From Alphaproteobacteria bacterium (lineage in GTDB: Bacteria; Pseudomonadota; Alphaproteobacteria; HIMB59; GCA-002718135): a stretch of DNA of 51,876 nucleotides. Below are positions 47,497 to 51,876 of this stretch, piece after piece (position 1 is the first letter of the stretch; the number at the start of each line of letters is the position of its first letter). Below the pieces are notes generated by a model. It had not been told where the DNA came from, searched no databases, and saw only the letters and a list, made by a program, of their open reading frames with translations. Position numbers and translations under genes: made by a program. Location: positions 1 through 51,876 of the forward strand of contig JBJKYT010000016.1 of the NCBI GenBank assembly GCA_045560915.1. The letters are read 5' to 3'.

Positions 47497-47865
47497 ATGA
47501 TTGATAACAGACCTTTATCCCCACATCTTAGTATTCACAAAAAGGTATTAACTGCTGTCTTTTCTATTTTTCATAGATTAACTGGTATTTTTTTAACATT
47601 AGGTTCATTTTTTCTAGTCTTTTGGTTTTTATCAGTTTTAATTGGAGAAAATTTTTATAATTATTTTCAAATTGTTTCTTCAAATTTAATTTTTAAAGTA
47701 ATTTTATTTTTTTGGACATTGGCATTCTTTTATCATTTATTTAATGGTATTCGCTATTTGTTCTGGTCTTTTAGTTTGGGAATGGAACTAAAAACAGTTT
47801 ACTTATCAGGTTACATAGTTTCATTATTAACGATTATTGCCACAATCATAGTCTGGTATTTATAA
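47497..47865 (+). CDS. sdhC: Succinate dehydrogenase cytochrome b556 subunit
   Basis: 122 aa with RPLSPHLSIHKK......SIFHRLTGI and three TM helices. It is the first gene of sdhCDAB. Confidence 0.85.
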   Translation: MIDNRPLSPHLSIHKKVLTAVFSIFHRLTGIFLTLGSFFLVFWFLSVLIGENFYNYFQIVSSNLIFKVILFFWTLAFFYHLFNGIRYLFWSFSLGMELKTVYLSGYIVSLLTIIATIIVWYL

Positions 47866-47870
47866 AGATT

Positions 47871-48206
47871 ATGAAAAAAAACTATAAAAATAGCTGGATA
47901 GCCCAAAGAGTTACTGCAACAATGTTATTACCTTTGTCATTTTGGTTTATTTATCATTGTATTTTATTGCAAAATCAATCTTATGAAGAAATTAGGATTT
48001 TTTTTGAATCGTTTTTTAATAGTTTTCTTTTTCTATTAATGATGTTGGCAGTACTATTGCATTCAAAAATAGGATGTGAAACTATTATACAAGATTATAT
48101 TTCAGCAAAAAATTTAAAAATATTTTTAATAAGATTTATAAATTTAATAATATTAGCTTCAGCTATAGTAGTTGTAGTAGGAATTTTAAAATTGAATTTT
48201 TTTTAA
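47871..48206 (+). CDS. sdhD: Succinate dehydrogenase hydrophobic membrane anchor subunit
   Basis: 111 aa with W.AQRVTA..LLPL..WF, three TM helices and a heme-ligand His region. It lies between sdhC and sdhA. Confidence 0.8.
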   Translation: MKKNYKNSWIAQRVTATMLLPLSFWFIYHCILLQNQSYEEIRIFFESFFNSFLFLLMMLAVLLHSKIGCETIIQDYISAKNLKIFLIRFINLIILASAIVVVVGILKLNFF

Positions 48207-49999
48207 TGAATAAAGCTTATAATATTATTGATCATAATTATGATGTAGTTGTCATTGGGGCAGGAGGATCAGGTTTACGTTCTACTTTAGGATTGGCTGA
48301 ATCTGGTTTAAATGTAGCCTGTATATCTAAAGTTTTTCCAACCAGAAGTCACACCGTAGCAGCTCAAGGCGGTATAGGTGCAGCACTAGGCAATATGGGT
48401 GAGGATAATTGGAAATGGCATATGTTTGATACGGTTAAAGGCTCTGATTGGCTTGGAGATCAAGATGCAATAGAATATCTTTGTTCAAAAGCTCCAGAGG
48501 CAATTGAAGATTTAGAAGAATATGGAATGCCATTTAGCAGAACTGAAGAGGGCAAAATTTATCAACGACCTTTTGGAGGTCATTTAACTAGTAATGGTGA
48601 GGGCCCACCAGCTATGCGAGCTTGTGCTGCAGCAGATAGAACAGGACATGCTTTATTACACACTTTGTATCAACAATCTTTAAAGAATTCTGTTGAATTT
48701 TTTATTGAATATTTTGTTTTAGATTTACTTATAGATGATGATGGTGCTTGCAAAGGAGTGATTGCATGGAGTCTTGAAGATGGAAAATTGCACAGATTCT
48801 TATCTCATCAAACTATTATCGCCACAGGAGGATATGGACGTGCATATTTTTCTTCAACAAGTGCTCACATCTGTACTGGTGATGGAAGTGCAATGGCTTT
48901 AAGGCAAGGATTACCATTATCAGATATGGAATTTATTCAATTTCATCCTACTGGAGTCTACGGAGCTGGGGTTTTAATAACTGAAGGAGCCAGAGGAGAA
49001 GGAGGCTACTTAACAAATAGTGATGGAGAGCGTTTTATGGAACGTTATGCCCCCAATGCAAAAGATCTAGCCTCTCGTGATGTTGTAAGTAGAGCTATGA
49101 CGATTGAAATAAATGAAAACAGAGGATGTGGAGAAAATTCTGATCATGTATTGCTTCATCTAGAACATATTAATTCGAACACCATTCACAAAAGATTACC
49201 AGGAATATCAGAAACAGCAAAAATTTTTGCAGGCGTAGATTTAACCAAAGACCCTATACCAGTTTTGCCCACTGTACATTATAACATGGGAGGTATTCCG
49301 ACAAATTATAGAACTGAAGTACTTAATCCAACAACTGATAATCCTGACAAAATTTGTGAAGGCCTTATGGCAGTTGGAGAAGCAGCTTGTGTTTCTGTGC
49401 ATGGAGCTAATAGATTGGGCACAAACTCTTTAATTGATTTATTAGTTTTTGGTAAAGCCTCTAGTATTACTGCAAGTAAAAAAACAAAACCTAATTCAGC
49501 TAAAGTTAATATTCATCAGAGATATACTGAAGAAATATTAAATAGATTTGATCTTATCAGACACAACAAAGGAGAAATTTTTTCAGGAGAAGCACGTAAT
49601 GAAATGCAAAAAATAATGCAAAAAAAATGTGCTGTTTTTAGAACTGAGGATTTAATTAAAAGTGGTATAAAAGAATTTGAAACTGTTGAAAGAAAAATGG
49701 AAAAAATTCAAGTTAAGGATCAATCACTTATTTTTAATACAGATTTAGTAGAAACATTAGAATTGCACAATCTAATGGAGCAATCTAAAGCAACATTATA
49801 TTCAGCTCTTAATCGAACAGAAAGTAGAGGGGCTCACGCGAGAGAAGACTATCCAGAAAGAGACGATAAAAATTGGCTTGTTCATAGTTTGGTTTGGTTG
49901 GATAAAGAAGGAAATATAAAATTAGATAAGAAGCCTGTAAACTTAAATACATTAACTAATCACGTTCAACCAATCCCACCCAAGAAAAGAGTTTATTAA
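48206..49999 (+). CDS. sdhA: Succinate dehydrogenase flavoprotein subunit
   Basis: 597 aa with [10 protein letters not shown], the FAD-attachment block [24 protein letters not shown] and [16 protein letters not shown]. Confidence 0.97.
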   Translation: MNKAYNIIDHNYDVVVIGAGGSGLRSTLGLAESGLNVACISKVFPTRSHTVAAQGGIGAALGNMGEDNWKWHMFDTVKGSDWLGDQDAIEYLCSKAPEAIEDLEEYGMPFSRTEEGKIYQRPFGGHLTSNGEGPPAMRACAAADRTGHALLHTLYQQSLKNSVEFFIEYFVLDLLIDDDGACKGVIAWSLEDGKLHRFLSHQTIIATGGYGRAYFSSTSAHICTGDGSAMALRQGLPLSDMEFIQFHPTGVYGAGVLITEGARGEGGYLTNSDGERFMERYAPNAKDLASRDVVSRAMTIEINENRGCGENSDHVLLHLEHINSNTIHKRLPGISETAKIFAGVDLTKDPIPVLPTVHYNMGGIPTNYRTEVLNPTTDNPDKICEGLMAVGEAACVSVHGANRLGTNSLIDLLVFGKASSITASKKTKPNSAKVNIHQRYTEEILNRFDLIRHNKGEIFSGEARNEMQKIMQKKCAVFRTEDLIKSGIKEFETVERKMEKIQVKDQSLIFNTDLVETLELHNLMEQSKATLYSALNRTESRGAHAREDYPERDDKNWLVHSLVWLDKEGNIKLDKKPVNLNTLTNHVQPIPPKKRVY

Positions 50000-50003
50000 T
50001 ATT

Positions 50004-50789
50004 ATGGCTGATTTTATTTTACCAAAAAATTCAAAAATCAAAGAAGGCAAAACCTATTCTTTTGAAGGAAATAATGATTCAACAAAAAAATTGATTATAT
50101 ACCGGTGGGATCCTGAGGAGAATGAAAATCCTAGATTAGACAAATATGAAGTTGATTTAAAAAACTGTGGTCCAATGGTTTTAGACGCTCTTATAAAAAT
50201 TAAAAATGAAATTGATACTACCTTAACTTTTAGAAGATCTTGCAGAGAAGGTGTATGCGGGTCATGTGCAATGAATATTGATGGAGTAAATACATTGGCT
50301 TGTTTGAAACCAATTGAAGAAATTAAAAAAGATATTAAAATTTATCCTCTTCCCCATATGCGTGTTGTTAAAGATTTGGTTCCTGATTTAACAGATGCAT
50401 ATAAACAACTAGAGTCAATAAAACCATGGTTGCAAAATGATGAAGAAAAAAAAGGGAAAAATCCTTCTAAAAATATTCAAAAGCCAGAAGATAGGGCTAA
50501 ATTAGATGGAAGTTGGGAATGTGTTTTATGTTTTTGTTGCACAACCTCTTGTCCAAGTTATTGGTGGAATGGAGATAATTATCTAGGACCAGCAGTTCTA
50601 CTTCAAGCATCAAGATGGATAAATGACACACGAGATACTAAAAGAAAAGAGAGATTAGAAGAAATTAATGACTCTCTTAAATTATACCGATGCCATTCAA
50701 TAATGAATTGTACCAGATCTTGTCCCAAAGGATTAAATCCAGCAAAAGCAATAGCAGATATAAAGAAGGCTATTGTTACTGAAAAATAA
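50004..50789 (+). CDS. sdhB: Succinate dehydrogenase iron-sulfur subunit
   Basis: 261 aa with three Cys clusters: [27 protein letters not shown] and [12 protein letters not shown]. Confidence 0.96.
   Translation: MADFILPKNSKIKEGKTYSFEGNNDSTKKLIIYRWDPEENENPRLDKYEVDLKNCGPMVLDALIKIKNEIDTTLTFRRSCREGVCGSCAMNIDGVNTLACLKPIEEIKKDIKIYPLPHMRVVKDLVPDLTDAYKQLESIKPWLQNDEEKKGKNPSKNIQKPEDRAKLDGSWECVLCFCCTTSCPSYWWNGDNYLGPAVLLQASRWINDTRDTKRKERLEEINDSLKLYRCHSIMNCTRSCPKGLNPAKAIADIKKAIVTEK

Positions 50790-51876
<1,087 letters not shown>

Overview
The window is very AT-rich and densely packed, with about 57 genes. Gene content and order are alphaproteobacterial: ccmABC, gcrA, fdxA-carD, dapF-mtaB-ftsY-yciB, ffh-rpsP-rimM-trmD-rplS, leuCDB-asd and sdhCDAB-mdh-sucC. 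By inference this best fits a streamlined marine alphaproteobacterium of the Pelagibacterales (SAR11) type. Most of it is core housekeeping: cytochrome c maturation, TCA cycle, SRP, ribosomal proteins, leucine and DAP synthesis, and one tRNA-Arg(UCG). I saw no rRNA, CRISPR array, transposase, integrase or phage genes. The parts worth a second look are: (1) a ~147-nt GC-rich intergenic island with long-range terminal pairing upstream of sdhC, a candidate structured ncRNA, followed by two tandem DnaA-box motifs; (2) two adjacent genes (ZapE/AFG1-like ATPase and an alpha/beta hydrolase) broken by at least six frame changes within ~2 kb, plus a single frame break in typA; (3) a ~10-kb accessory-looking block (14.4-24.3 kb) with four Fe(II)/2OG-type dioxygenases, an aldehyde dehydrogenase and an unrecognisable 1100-aa secreted protein with a peptidoglycan-binding module and an internal duplication, next to a TPR-GT9 fusion; (4) a 65-aa protein made only of Lys, Ala, Pro and Arg (after the initiator Met), built from tandem repeats, with a hairpin-rich leader; (5) a PPP-type metallophosphoesterase homologue with all its metal-ligand motifs substituted, translationally coupled to carD; (6) near-perfect tandem repeats that extend ribosomal protein S16, and a long acidic tail on L19. 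All functional calls come from by-eye motif and family recognition. No searches were run.
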